From a virus (lineage: Duplodnaviria; Heunggongvirae; Uroviricota; Caudoviricetes), in the IMG/VR virus record IMGVR_UViG_3300020200_000004: a stretch of DNA of 64,000 nt; one strand, 5' to 3'. The position numbers and the translations under genes were made by a program. Below the pieces are notes generated by a model, which was given only the letters and a program-made list of their open reading frames with translations, was not told where the DNA came from and ran no database searches. Numbering within the stretch: the first letter of the stretch is position 1; each line of letters opens with the position of its first letter. Below, in pieces: positions 17,179-26,268 of this stretch.

Positions 17179-18283
17179 AGCAACAGAGAGCAAACTAATG
17201 CGAAGTCACTTTTGGGATGTAGTGGTAAGGGGATTTTTACCCATTCGTGATCCTGTATTAAAGGGAGATTTATTTGAAAAAATACCCCTTACAGGATCAA
17301 GGAATGAAATATTTAATTATTTAAATCAAAATAAAGTTGATTTAACAGCATTTGTAAACAATGAAGAAGATTGTGAACGGCTCTTTAGAATGTATTCCTA
17401 TGCTGCTAGTGCCTTTATTCATTCCCAAAGTGAACCGCCTACAAACGTTCTACCAAAAGAAATAGCCGTACCTTTAGTTAAGTTCTCTCAGATACTAGAC
17501 AGAAAGCCAATTCTATCATATGGTAGCTATTGTTTAAATAATTGGCAAAGAATAGATGTTACCAAACCTGTAGAACTAGGTAATATTCGTTTATTGACGC
17601 ATTTTTGCCCTATTCCATATAATCGGGATGAAGCTTGGTTTATTCTGGTGCATGTGGATATAGAAAATTCAGCAGCTTTGGGTATTTTTGCTTGTCATTC
17701 GATGCTTTTGCAAGACCCCTTAACACCTGAATTTGCTTTCTTTGTGCTTAATCAGATAAAAACCAGTCTGATTAACATGAATAAAGCCTTGAATAGAATG
17801 CCAGAAGAATGTAGCCCAGAGCATTATTTTTTATTCGTTAGACCTTATATATTCAGCTTTGAAAATGTTGTTTATGAAGATTGTTTTCATGGTAAACCGC
17901 AAACTTTTAGGGGTGAAACAGGGGCACAAAGTTCTATAATACCTGCTTTTCTTGCAGCATTGGAGATAAAGCATAAAGATTCAATGTTGACTCATCATTT
18001 GCAGGAAATGCGGGATTATATGCCTAAAGACCATCGCATTTTCCTGAATAATTTAGAAAATAGTTCTGTGCATCTAAGGGAAGTGGCTAAGAAAGACAGC
18101 AAGTTAAAGCCTTTATATAATGAATGTTTAATGCAACTTATTGATTTTAGAGAAAAACATTTTGAATATGCTATTAACTATATTGCTAATAAAGTAGAGA
18201 ATCCTAAAGGTACAGGAGGAACACCTTATGTGCCTTGGCTTAAGCAGCTGAAAGAAGAGACTAAGCAGCAAATTTTGGAGTAA
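17165..18283 (+). CDS. Indoleamine 2,3-dioxygenase (IDO)-family heme dioxygenase-like protein
   Basis: GETGAQSS, LQEMRDYMPKDHRIFL and KGTGGTPYVPWLKQLK parallel human IDO1 GGSAGQSS, LQDMRRYMPPAHRNFL and KGTGGTDLMNFLKTVR; a His is present where IDO has its proximal His. Confidence 0.65.
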   Translation: MEGCTATESKLMRSHFWDVVVRGFLPIRDPVLKGDLFEKIPLTGSRNEIFNYLNQNKVDLTAFVNNEEDCERLFRMYSYAASAFIHSQSEPPTNVLPKEIAVPLVKFSQILDRKPILSYGSYCLNNWQRIDVTKPVELGNIRLLTHFCPIPYNRDEAWFILVHVDIENSAALGIFACHSMLLQDPLTPEFAFFVLNQIKTSLINMNKALNRMPEECSPEHYFLFVRPYIFSFENVVYEDCFHGKPQTFRGETGAQSSIIPAFLAALEIKHKDSMLTHHLQEMRDYMPKDHRIFLNNLENSSVHLREVAKKDSKLKPLYNECLMQLIDFREKHFEYAINYIANKVENPKGTGGTPYVPWLKQLKEETKQQILE

Positions 18284-18285
18284 AC

Positions 18286-18420
18286 ATGAAAGATTATTTA
18301 AGGACAATCAAGCTTGGCATCGGAGAAGGTGAACCCGGCAAGCAAGCATGTTGGATGAGTGCCCTTTCTGCGCATTTGGGCGGGGAATGGACAGATAGTT
18401 TGGAATGTGTTGATCCTTAA
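18286..18420 (+). pseudogene. Truncated member of a local paralog family (44 aa: MKDYLRTIKLGIGEGEPGKQACWMSALSAHLGGEWTDSLECVDP*)
   Basis: N-terminal homology to 47403.. and 48392..48943; stops where the paralogs continue. Confidence 0.45.
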
Positions 18421-19034
18421 ACTTTGAGGCAAATGGTCCTGGGTGGAGAGGAGACAATTATTATTTAACAGAAAAAGAAAATAATTGTTCGGTTTGTGGA
18501 GCTACAGAAGAATTAACTCGGCATCATGTTGTTCCATACAGTTATAGAAGATATTTCCCAGAAGAAGTAAAATCACATAATCATCATGATATTGTGCTTT
18601 TATGTGTTCCTTGCCATACCGAATATGAACGTGAGGCACGTAAATTTAAAAAGCAAATTATAATTAAGTATGGCATTTCGGTTAATGGTACTGGATATCA
18701 ATATGACCATGAAATAGCAATAGTTAAAAGGTTTTCTGGTACTTTATTGGAACATGCCGCTTTAATCCCACAAGCTAGAAAAGAGGAAATGTACCAAGTT
18801 ATAAAGGATTATTGCAAAAAAGATGTGACGACAGAAGATATGAAAAAGCTGGTTGAGACTTTAAACCCACATACATACTCAGAAGATCATTTAAAACATG
18901 CAGATGCAATTGCAAAACTGGTTGATATTCAGGAATTTGCTAGAGAATGGAGACAGCATTTTATTGATTCTATGCAGCCTAAATTCTTACCGCTTCATTG
19001 GGATGTGAATCGTTCTGTTTATAAGGAAAATTAG
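18414..19034 (+). CDS. HNH endonuclease domain ORF without a canonical start (frameshifted fusion to the upstream paralog fragment, or a remnant)
   Basis: Open frame reads ...DNYYLTEKENNCSVCGATEELTRHHVVPYSYRRYFPEEVKSHNHHDIVLLCVPCH (HNH motif). The N-terminal stretch DNYYLT resembles paralog NDLYYMDNK. No ATG, and no GTG/TTG before the internal GTG 18594 at which the ORF track opens this ORF. Confidence 0.45.
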   Translation, partial: SLNFEANGPGWRGDNYYLTEKENNCSVCGATEELTRHHVVPYSYRRYFPEEVKSHNHHDIVLLCVPCHTEYEREARKFKKQIIIKYGISVNGTGYQYDHEIAIVKRFSGTLLEHAALIPQARKEEMYQVIKDYCKKDVTTEDMKKLVETLNPHTYSEDHLKHADAIAKLVDIQEFAREWRQHFIDSMQPKFLPLHWDVNRSVYKEN

Positions 19035-19456
19035 TGTATTCATTTATATTTGCATGCATTTTAGATTTTGTAGTAATGAAGAAAGTAAGAAAGGTTCTTT
19101 TTCCACTCAAGACACCATCTGAAATCTTCCTAGCTAGAATGAAAAAATATGCTAGTTGTCTTATAAGGCATAGTTATTTTTATGTTAGTTCAGAGGAAAC
19201 GAGTAATTTTTTCAATATTTGTGCAGATTACCTTGATGCCATAAATACAGAAAAATGTCCTGATATGGCTAATTTTGTATTAAAAGAAAAATTAGAATTA
19301 ATAGACGCAAAATGGTATGCATTAACATATAGCTCATACAATGGTGAAAGTAATTATTTGACTTATACTGCTGAAGTATGGTATTATCGCATAACAGGAG
19401 ACGAAGACCCACTGGCTTCTAAAATGAGATATGTGGATATTTTAAAGAAGGTTTAA
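19034..19456 (+). CDS. Hypothetical protein (140 aa)
   Basis: ORF. Confidence 0.35.
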   Translation: MYSFIFACILDFVVMKKVRKVLFPLKTPSEIFLARMKKYASCLIRHSYFYVSSEETSNFFNICADYLDAINTEKCPDMANFVLKEKLELIDAKWYALTYSSYNGESNYLTYTAEVWYYRITGDEDPLASKMRYVDILKKV

Positions 19457-19457
19457 C

Positions 19458-21386
19458 ATGTTATTTTATGGTATTGTTGCTGGAATTTGCTTTGTAGCTT
19501 TTCTGATCTTTGTATGGCTTACTACAAGATACATACCTAATAACAAAATAGGTATTGTAGAGAAACTATGGTCCAGAAAAGGATCATTAGGCGAAGGTGA
19601 AATTGTTGCCTTGAAAGGTGAAATTGTTGCCTTGAAAGGTGAAGCTGGATTCCAACCAGAAGTCCTAAGAGGCGGCATTCACTTTGGTTATTGGAGATGG
19701 CAATATGCTGTCCACAAACGCAATTTGATTACTATCAGGCAAGGCAAGATTGGTTATGTATTCTCTAGAGCCGGACAGCCTTTATCTGCAACTCAAACAT
19801 TATGTAAATATGTTGAATGTAATAACTTCCAGAACGTAAAAGCTTTTCTTTCTAATGGCGGTCAGAAAGGTCGTCAAAGAGCAATTTTGCGTGAAGGTGT
19901 ATATGTTATCAACACAGCTATTTTATCTGTAATCACTGAACGGATTGTTTATTCAATGATTACGGATAAAGATGTTAACTTAAATGAATGGCAAAGTCAG
20001 CTAGCAGCAGTAAAAGGTTTTGATCCTATTATCATTGGTCATTCTTCCAATGAATCAGATGATATTGGCATTGTGACTACTCATGATGGTCCTGCTTTGG
20101 AAGATGGAGAAATCATTGCACCGGCAGTAGGCACATCTTCTTCTGATTCAAATTACCATAATAATTACCAAGATATTGAAGCGTTCTTAAGAGCGGGTGG
20201 CAGAAGAGGTTTGCAATATGCCACACTTTTAGATGGTACTTATTTCATTAATAGGTGGTTTGCTACTGTTGAACATATTAAAAAGGCAGTTGTTCCTATA
20301 GGTTCAGTAGGAGTTGTAGTAAGCTATTATGGGCGTCAAGGGGCTGATACTTCTGGAACTCAATTTAGGCATGGCGAAAGGGTACATCAAGGCGAAAAGG
20401 GTGTTTGGGAATCTACTCTTGGGCCTGGCAAGTATCCCTTTAACAATTATGCAGGCCAGATCATTTTAGTACCTACTACCAATTTCGTGCTGCATTGGGT
20501 GACAGGCAAGAGTGAATCGCACAAATATGATGAAAGTTTAAAGTCTATAGATTTAATTACTAAAGATGCTTATGAACCACTTTTGCCTTTAAGTGTGGTG
20601 GTGCATATTGATTACCAGAAAGCACCTAGCGTTATTCAAAGATTTGGTGATGTTAAGCAGCTTATTACGCAGACTTTAGACCCATTGTTAAGTGCTTATT
20701 TCAGGGACGTGGCACATAAAAAGACTATGCTTGAGTTAATCCATTCTAGAGACGAAATTCAAGCGCAAGCCAGGAAGGAATTGCAGGCTAAGTTTTCCCA
20801 ATTTGATATTGAATGTGTTGATGTTTTAATTGGTCGCCCCGAATCCTATTCAGATGATGGCAAAATTGAGAATTTACTTGAGCAATTGAGGTTAAGGCAA
20901 TTAAGTCTTGAACAAATTGAGACTTATAATAAGCAAAAGCAAGCAGCAACTACAGAACAGACTTTAAATGAAGCTTTGGCCCATGCTGCTATGCAAAAGG
21001 AATTAACGGGTTCTAAGATTCATATTGAGATTACTTCTAATAATGCCGAAGCTGATCTTGCTAAGGCCAAGAAAGAGGCAGAAAAGACGATTGTTATTGC
21101 AAAAGCAGATAGCGAAAAGGCTAAATTGCAAGGTGTTGGTGATAGTTCTAAAATTCAATTGGTAGGTAGTAGTGAAGCTGAGGTTTTGCAGAAGAAGATT
21201 GCTTCTTTTGGTGATTCTAAACTTTATGCTTTGTCCGTGATTGCTGAAATGCTTTCTAATAGCAAGCAACCTTTAGTGCCTTCTACTATGTTGGGTGGCA
21301 ATAATTCTAATACATTATTGACTGCTTTAATGTCCTTAATGGTTAATGAAAAATTAAGTGTTTCTCCACAAGAGCCTCAAATTTAA
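19458..21386 (+). CDS. SPFH/band-7 flotillin-like membrane protein
   Basis: N-terminal TM helix, SPFH-like core (IGIVEKLWS...QPEVLRGGIHF), C-terminal Ala/Lys/Glu-rich coiled coil like YqiK/flotillin; contains a 2x21-bp tandem repeat (GEIVALK x2). Confidence 0.6.
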   Translation: MLFYGIVAGICFVAFLIFVWLTTRYIPNNKIGIVEKLWSRKGSLGEGEIVALKGEIVALKGEAGFQPEVLRGGIHFGYWRWQYAVHKRNLITIRQGKIGYVFSRAGQPLSATQTLCKYVECNNFQNVKAFLSNGGQKGRQRAILREGVYVINTAILSVITERIVYSMITDKDVNLNEWQSQLAAVKGFDPIIIGHSSNESDDIGIVTTHDGPALEDGEIIAPAVGTSSSDSNYHNNYQDIEAFLRAGGRRGLQYATLLDGTYFINRWFATVEHIKKAVVPIGSVGVVVSYYGRQGADTSGTQFRHGERVHQGEKGVWESTLGPGKYPFNNYAGQIILVPTTNFVLHWVTGKSESHKYDESLKSIDLITKDAYEPLLPLSVVVHIDYQKAPSVIQRFGDVKQLITQTLDPLLSAYFRDVAHKKTMLELIHSRDEIQAQARKELQAKFSQFDIECVDVLIGRPESYSDDGKIENLLEQLRLRQLSLEQIETYNKQKQAATTEQTLNEALAHAAMQKELTGSKIHIEITSNNAEADLAKAKKEAEKTIVIAKADSEKAKLQGVGDSSKIQLVGSSEAEVLQKKIASFGDSKLYALSVIAEMLSNSKQPLVPSTMLGGNNSNTLLTALMSLMVNEKLSVSPQEPQI

Positions 21387-21972
21387 GGATAAAGAAATGA
21401 CTTATATTGAACTTGTTAAAGCGGTGGCGAACGATATCGAAATAGCTTTTATTAGCTATGGATTAACTCCTGTTTTCGGGAGTTTTGGGGATGGAATAAA
21501 CACTGGCTGTGCTGTTACAGCTTTATCAAAGAATAGTAGTCTTAAACGTGATCATGGCAACAAGCATTTTGATGTAATAGCTGCCAAGGCGCTTCAGGAA
21601 AAATATAGTTTGGGACATTTCAGCACAGAGGTAGTTCACGGTATTGTTTCAGGCTTTGACTGTTGGCCTGGCGATGAAATTTTTGATGCCTGTTCGGATA
21701 TTGTTGGGCGCAAGACCTTCACTCTTAAGTTTAGACATGCCAAAGAATTTATAGGTTTTCAACTTTTGTCTGATCCGAAAGCGTGGATAGACGACACTTT
21801 CAAATTAAGCAGGAAACTTAAAGAGACTGGAATATTAATTGGAATGCTTGTTCGACTCCGTTTGTCCAGAAAGATCAAGAAAAATGCTTACATGGATAAA
21901 AACAAAGAAAGAAAGCTTGAAGATAGTAATAGCAATCGGATTAAAGAAGACAGCGATTGTTGTTGCGTCTGA
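21358..21972 (+). CDS. Hypothetical protein, paralog family B member 1
   Basis: VKAVANDIEIAFISYGLTPVFGSFGDGINTGCAVTAL is paralogous to 22500..22988. Confidence 0.4.
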   Translation: MFLHKSLKFKDKEMTYIELVKAVANDIEIAFISYGLTPVFGSFGDGINTGCAVTALSKNSSLKRDHGNKHFDVIAAKALQEKYSLGHFSTEVVHGIVSGFDCWPGDEIFDACSDIVGRKTFTLKFRHAKEFIGFQLLSDPKAWIDDTFKLSRKLKETGILIGMLVRLRLSRKIKKNAYMDKNKERKLEDSNSNRIKEDSDCCCV

Positions 21973-22528
21973 TAATGATTCAATTTTAGACGAAGTATCT
22001 GATTATGGGCCTTTTGTAAATGAAATAGGCATATTAAAACACAAGGAATATGATAATGTGCCTGGACTTTATTTATGGCAAGGAACGTGGGCGGTGGTGC
22101 CTTCATCTGGATTTGCAGAAGAGGGTGCGGATTCATATGTTGAGTACGAAGGGGAAATGACTTGCCTGCTAAATGCTGAGAATTTTTTGGATAAAGAAAT
22201 TGGGGAATATGAATCTGAGAAAGAAATTGCAGAAATTACTGAACCAAGCTCCCACGCAAAAGTAGTTATAGCAATTGGTTTAAGCCAAAAAGCAATTGTA
22301 CTTTCTTCTGATAACGAGAGGGTATTGCAGGATATTGAAGATATAAGCTCTGATATAGATGACTTAGGCATTTTTAAACCTAAAGATTACAATAATCCCC
22401 CTGGACTTTATTTATGGGAAGGTGAAGTCCATTGTAAATTTGATTGGAATGACGAAGATGCTTATCTAGAATTTAAAGGTGAATTAACTAGCTTGGCAAA
22501 TGCAGGAAAAGCTTATGATGATTGTTGA
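21839..22528 (+). CDS. Hypothetical protein with internal tandem domain duplication
   Basis: Two ~90-aa repeats (VIAIGLKKTAIVVASDND...PGLYLWQGTW / VVIAIGLSQKAIVLSSDNE...PGLYLWEGEV); the start may lie downstream of 21839. Confidence 0.4.
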   Translation: MECLFDSVCPERSRKMLTWIKTKKESLKIVIAIGLKKTAIVVASDNDSILDEVSDYGPFVNEIGILKHKEYDNVPGLYLWQGTWAVVPSSGFAEEGADSYVEYEGEMTCLLNAENFLDKEIGEYESEKEIAEITEPSSHAKVVIAIGLSQKAIVLSSDNERVLQDIEDISSDIDDLGIFKPKDYNNPPGLYLWEGEVHCKFDWNDEDAYLEFKGELTSLANAGKAYDDC

Positions 22529-22988
22529 ATTTATCAAAAAGGTAGCTAATGACATTGAAATGGCCTTTATTAGCCAAGGCATAACACCTGTTTTCAAATC
22601 ATGGGGCAATAGCAAGACTACTGGCTGTGCTTTAACTGCATTGAATCTTGCTAATGGCGTAATATTAAGATTTACTTCGCCAGAGGCTTTTAGTGAAACA
22701 TTGAAAACACTTGAAAAATTATATGGTTTATCCTCAAAAGCTGCTTATTGCCTTAGAAGTGGTATTCTTATGGGATATGATAGCAACATTGGAACTAAAT
22801 TAATGCTTTTAACATTTGGAGGGAAAGCGGCTTTCATTAGGGATACTTCAAAGATGAGGATAGACATAGAATTAATCTCTCCTTATGATTATTATTTCGT
22901 AGGCAAACTGATAGGTCAATTAGTTCAGAAAAGAATTCTAAGAAAAGTTAAAGAAGAAACTGTACCTGCTTGTTTAATTGGAGCATAA
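22500..22988 (+). CDS. Hypothetical protein, paralog family B member 2
   Basis: IKKVANDIEMAFISQGITPVFKSWGNSKTTGCALTAL. Confidence 0.4.
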   Translation: MQEKLMMIVEFIKKVANDIEMAFISQGITPVFKSWGNSKTTGCALTALNLANGVILRFTSPEAFSETLKTLEKLYGLSSKAAYCLRSGILMGYDSNIGTKLMLLTFGGKAAFIRDTSKMRIDIELISPYDYYFVGKLIGQLVQKRILRKVKEETVPACLIGA

Positions 22989-23232
22989 AATGACAGTTAT
23001 TGAATTTATTAAAAAAGTGGCTAATGATGGCAAAAAGAAAATCTTAACGCTAATGCTCTTATTATTGAATTTGCAAAGAAATTTAAACATAATATAAAAG
23101 TATTAGGCGAAATGGGAGAATATAGCAAACCAGATTATTTCTTCGCTGGACAATTAATAGGCAAACTCATTCAGAAAAGAATTCTAAGAAAAGTTAAAAA
23201 AGAAACTGTGCCTGCTTTAGTTGGAGTGTAAA
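22989..23232 (+). pseudogene. Decayed third copy of paralog family B
   Basis: MTVIEFIKKVANDGKK... then stops and frame changes; the 3' piece FAGQLIGKLIQKRILRKVKKETVPALVGV matches the end of 22500..22988. Confidence 0.45.
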
Positions 23233-23425
23233 ATGAGTTAGAAAGAAAAAGGACTCCAAGATTAAAGAAGATGCTCGTAATAAAGCCCAAGCCATTTTAG
23301 ATTTCTATATTTCAGCAAAAGTAGATGGCCTAAATGAAATAAAACAAATTTTACATGAAATCCATGATGATATGGGCGGCGATTATGGGTTTTCTGGAGA
23401 TTGGTGGAAAAACACTAAATAGTTA

Positions 23426-24412
23426 ATGGAATTCAAGACCTTTATAGAAAATCAATATAAACTTTTTGGCAAAGATGCTCAAAGAATTACAACAAATGAG
23501 CTAAAACTAGTCTTTTATGAACTAAAGACTCTCATTGGTAACTCTTTCCCAGAAATGGAACTTACAAGGTGGCTTCCCGCTAAAGAAGATCACGGCGATA
23601 TTGATATCCTTGCTCATTCTCGGCAAACACCCGTCAAAGACATTCTTGCAGCTAATTTAGGCAACCAATTAGTCAAATTCAGCAAGAATGGCAACGTCAA
23701 TTCTTTTTTATTCAAAAGCAATCTAATCAACAAAGTCGTTCATGTCGATCTTATTACTTCTCCACCCGATTTGATGGATGCAAAACGTAATTATTATGCC
23801 TTTGGTGATGCCAGCTTTGTAATAGGTGTTATATCTAAAAAACTACATTTTAAATATGGGACAGAAGGGTTCTTTAAGAGATTTAAGGATCAAGGAACAA
23901 TCTGGCACGATATTCCAGTTACTAATAATATGAAAGAAGCCATGTTGATTCTTGGCTTTTCTAATCCTGACCAATTTAATCAAATTAAGACTAATGATGA
24001 TACTGTAGCTTTTATCGCTACCAATCCTTTTATTGATTCCAGTTGGTTTATGCATGAGAATTTAATTTCTAAAGATAAACAGAGCCAGAATCGCAGAAAA
24101 GGCGCTGATTATATTCTTGATAAACTTAAAAGCTTAAATTTAAAAGGTAAAATTACAGATGAAGACTATTTCTTTAAAACCCTTTATCCTGAAAAATATA
24201 AAGAAGTTGAAGAACAAAAGGTAGCATTAAATCAAAAAGCATATGTTAAAGCTTCCAATTATAATGGTTATTGGTTAATGAATAAATTTGGCATTAAGCC
24301 TGGACCGCAAATAGGAAATATATTAAGATTAATGACTCAGAAGTATGGCGATCAATTGGATAATGTGCCAGAACCAGAAGCGATAGAGTTTGTCAAGGGA
24401 ATTATGAAATGA
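23426..24412 (+). CDS. Hypothetical protein, possibly Pol-beta-superfamily nucleotidyltransferase
   Basis: 328 aa; GNSFPEME...HGDIDIL fits the [GS]x9-13 DhDh pattern. Confidence 0.3.
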   Translation: MEFKTFIENQYKLFGKDAQRITTNELKLVFYELKTLIGNSFPEMELTRWLPAKEDHGDIDILAHSRQTPVKDILAANLGNQLVKFSKNGNVNSFLFKSNLINKVVHVDLITSPPDLMDAKRNYYAFGDASFVIGVISKKLHFKYGTEGFFKRFKDQGTIWHDIPVTNNMKEAMLILGFSNPDQFNQIKTNDDTVAFIATNPFIDSSWFMHENLISKDKQSQNRRKGADYILDKLKSLNLKGKITDEDYFFKTLYPEKYKEVEEQKVALNQKAYVKASNYNGYWLMNKFGIKPGPQIGNILRLMTQKYGDQLDNVPEPEAIEFVKGIMK

Positions 24413-24828
24413 CCTTTGAGGAAATTAAGAAAGCATGGTTCAAAGCGAAGATAGGATTTGTTGATGAGTCCGATCTTAGGTTGATTAAATCTGAAGTGTT
24501 TGATGATCGAATATGTATGTTTTATAAGTGTCCATGCGGTAGTGATCATTATGCAATGCGTTTTATGGTACAAGAAGGTTATTCGCAATATCCATCATGT
24601 ATTCTCAATTGTTTTGTTAATAATCATCAATGGGGTATAAAGGTTGCTGATGTTGCCGCTATTATAAAAGAAGAGGAAGAAAAGTATCTTCGACTTATAG
24701 AACGGGCACCAAAGATTATCAAGAAAGTTATTGCCCAACGTGGAATGTCGGAGGAAACATTATTTTTCTTGGAAAATACACATGGCATTGATCGTGAAAT
24801 GGTTTCTATTATAGAATTAAATCTATAA
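24409..24828 (+). CDS. Hypothetical protein (139 aa)
   Basis: ORF. Confidence 0.35.
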   Translation: MTFEEIKKAWFKAKIGFVDESDLRLIKSEVFDDRICMFYKCPCGSDHYAMRFMVQEGYSQYPSCILNCFVNNHQWGIKVADVAAIIKEEEEKYLRLIERAPKIIKKVIAQRGMSEETLFFLENTHGIDREMVSIIELNL

Positions 24829-24869
24829 ATCCTATTGTAAAACAGAGATAAATATGTTATATTTAACTA

Positions 24870-26042
24870 ATGCTTGTAGCAGAACGACATTATATACAAG
24901 AAACACTTGAAATTGTCCGACTATGTACATTAAGCAAAGAACTTTACAATAAATGCAATTTCTTGATGAGGCAAGCATGGTTTATAAATGAAAAATTACC
25001 TAATATAAATTTGCTTGTTCGAGAGACAAAGCCATTAGACTGTTACAAAAACCTTCACAACACCAAAACAGCAGCACAAACAATACGTAAATGTCTTGTA
25101 GATTGGGCAAACTTCCTCAAAACCCTGAAAGCATACAAGAAAGACCCAACAAAATTCAAAACTAGACCTAAACCGCCTTATTATAAAAATAAACTCACAC
25201 AAATTATATTCTTTAATGAAACTATCAAGAAAAGACCATTGAAACAAGATGTAATTACCCCAACGAACAATCTATTTTCAATTAAAAGTGACATTAAAGA
25301 ATTTAAGCAAGTAATGATTACTCCTAAAACATTTGGTTTTATAGTAGACATTCAATATGAAAAAGAAGTCAAGAAAGTAAAAGTAAGCAAGAATAGGTTT
25401 GCCTGTATAGATGTTGGTGTAAATAATTTAGCTACGATAACTTCAAACCAACTGGAGCATCCCATATTGGTTAATGGTCGCATACTAAAAAGCATCAATA
25501 GATTCTATAATAAAAAACCTAATAAGAATAATAGTAGGAAACGTTATTTCCGTATTGAGAATTATTTCCATCATGCTTCTAAATTTATAATTGATTTATG
25601 TATTAAACATAAAATTGGCAAAATCATTATCGGTAAGAATGATGGTTGGAAGCAATTTTCTAAAATACGAAAAGTACAAAACCAAAATTTTCAATATATT
25701 CCTTTTTATAAATTTTTAGATAAGATTAAGTATAAAGCAACATTAGCGGGCATTGAAGTTATATTTACTGAAGAATCATATACAAGTAAAGCAAGTTTCC
25801 TTGACCATGATTCAATACCAACTTATAAAAAAGGCAATAAACCTCCTACTTTTTCTGGTAAAAGAGATAAAGGAATGTATAGAACATTTAGACCTATTCA
25901 TGCTGACGTGAATGGAAGTTTAAACATAGGATGTAAAGTATTCGGGGATAAAGTCTACAAGGCTTTCCCTGATAGGAGCATTGCCGCAATGCCAGTACGA
26001 ATTAATCCATTGAAGATTTTTGCATATAACAGCAAAAATTAG
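24870..26042 (+). CDS. tnpB: TnpB-like protein (OrfB_IS605 family), apparently nuclease-dead (TldR-like)
   Basis: 390 aa. RuvC-I FACIDVGVNNLA and RuvC-III HADVNGSLNIGCK are present. The RuvC-II position reads KIIIGKNDGW (Gly where the catalytic Glu is expected). The zinc-finger cysteines are absent (ESYTSKASFLDHDS...). Confidence 0.65.
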   Translation: MLVAERHYIQETLEIVRLCTLSKELYNKCNFLMRQAWFINEKLPNINLLVRETKPLDCYKNLHNTKTAAQTIRKCLVDWANFLKTLKAYKKDPTKFKTRPKPPYYKNKLTQIIFFNETIKKRPLKQDVITPTNNLFSIKSDIKEFKQVMITPKTFGFIVDIQYEKEVKKVKVSKNRFACIDVGVNNLATITSNQLEHPILVNGRILKSINRFYNKKPNKNNSRKRYFRIENYFHHASKFIIDLCIKHKIGKIIIGKNDGWKQFSKIRKVQNQNFQYIPFYKFLDKIKYKATLAGIEVIFTEESYTSKASFLDHDSIPTYKKGNKPPTFSGKRDKGMYRTFRPIHADVNGSLNIGCKVFGDKVYKAFPDRSIAAMPVRINPLKIFAYNSKN

Positions 26043-26049
26043 ATTAATT

Positions 26050-26240
26050 CTCAAACTTAGATTTATTTATTTCTAGGAACGGTGGACTATTCAATGTTCT
26101 GAGTGTAAAAGACATACTTGGCCCAATTTAGGTGTCAACTGCCCTGCTGGGTGCGATGTTGCTCTTAGTGCATGTTACGCTTGGTGGTATGGATATCAAA
26201 ATGAAAAGTCTTTTGATGCCGTAAAATTGATATACAGTAA
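26050..26240 (+). ncRNA. Candidate omegaRNA / guide-RNA region 3' of TnpB-like gene 2
   Basis: Locally GC-richer, structured segment (gtcaactgccctgctgggtgcgatgttgctcttagtgcatgttacgcttggtgg) immediately downstream of the tnpB-like stop; by analogy with IS200/IS605 right ends. Confidence 0.3.
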
Positions 26241-26268
26241 AGTTAATTGGTTAAAATCTATATAATGC

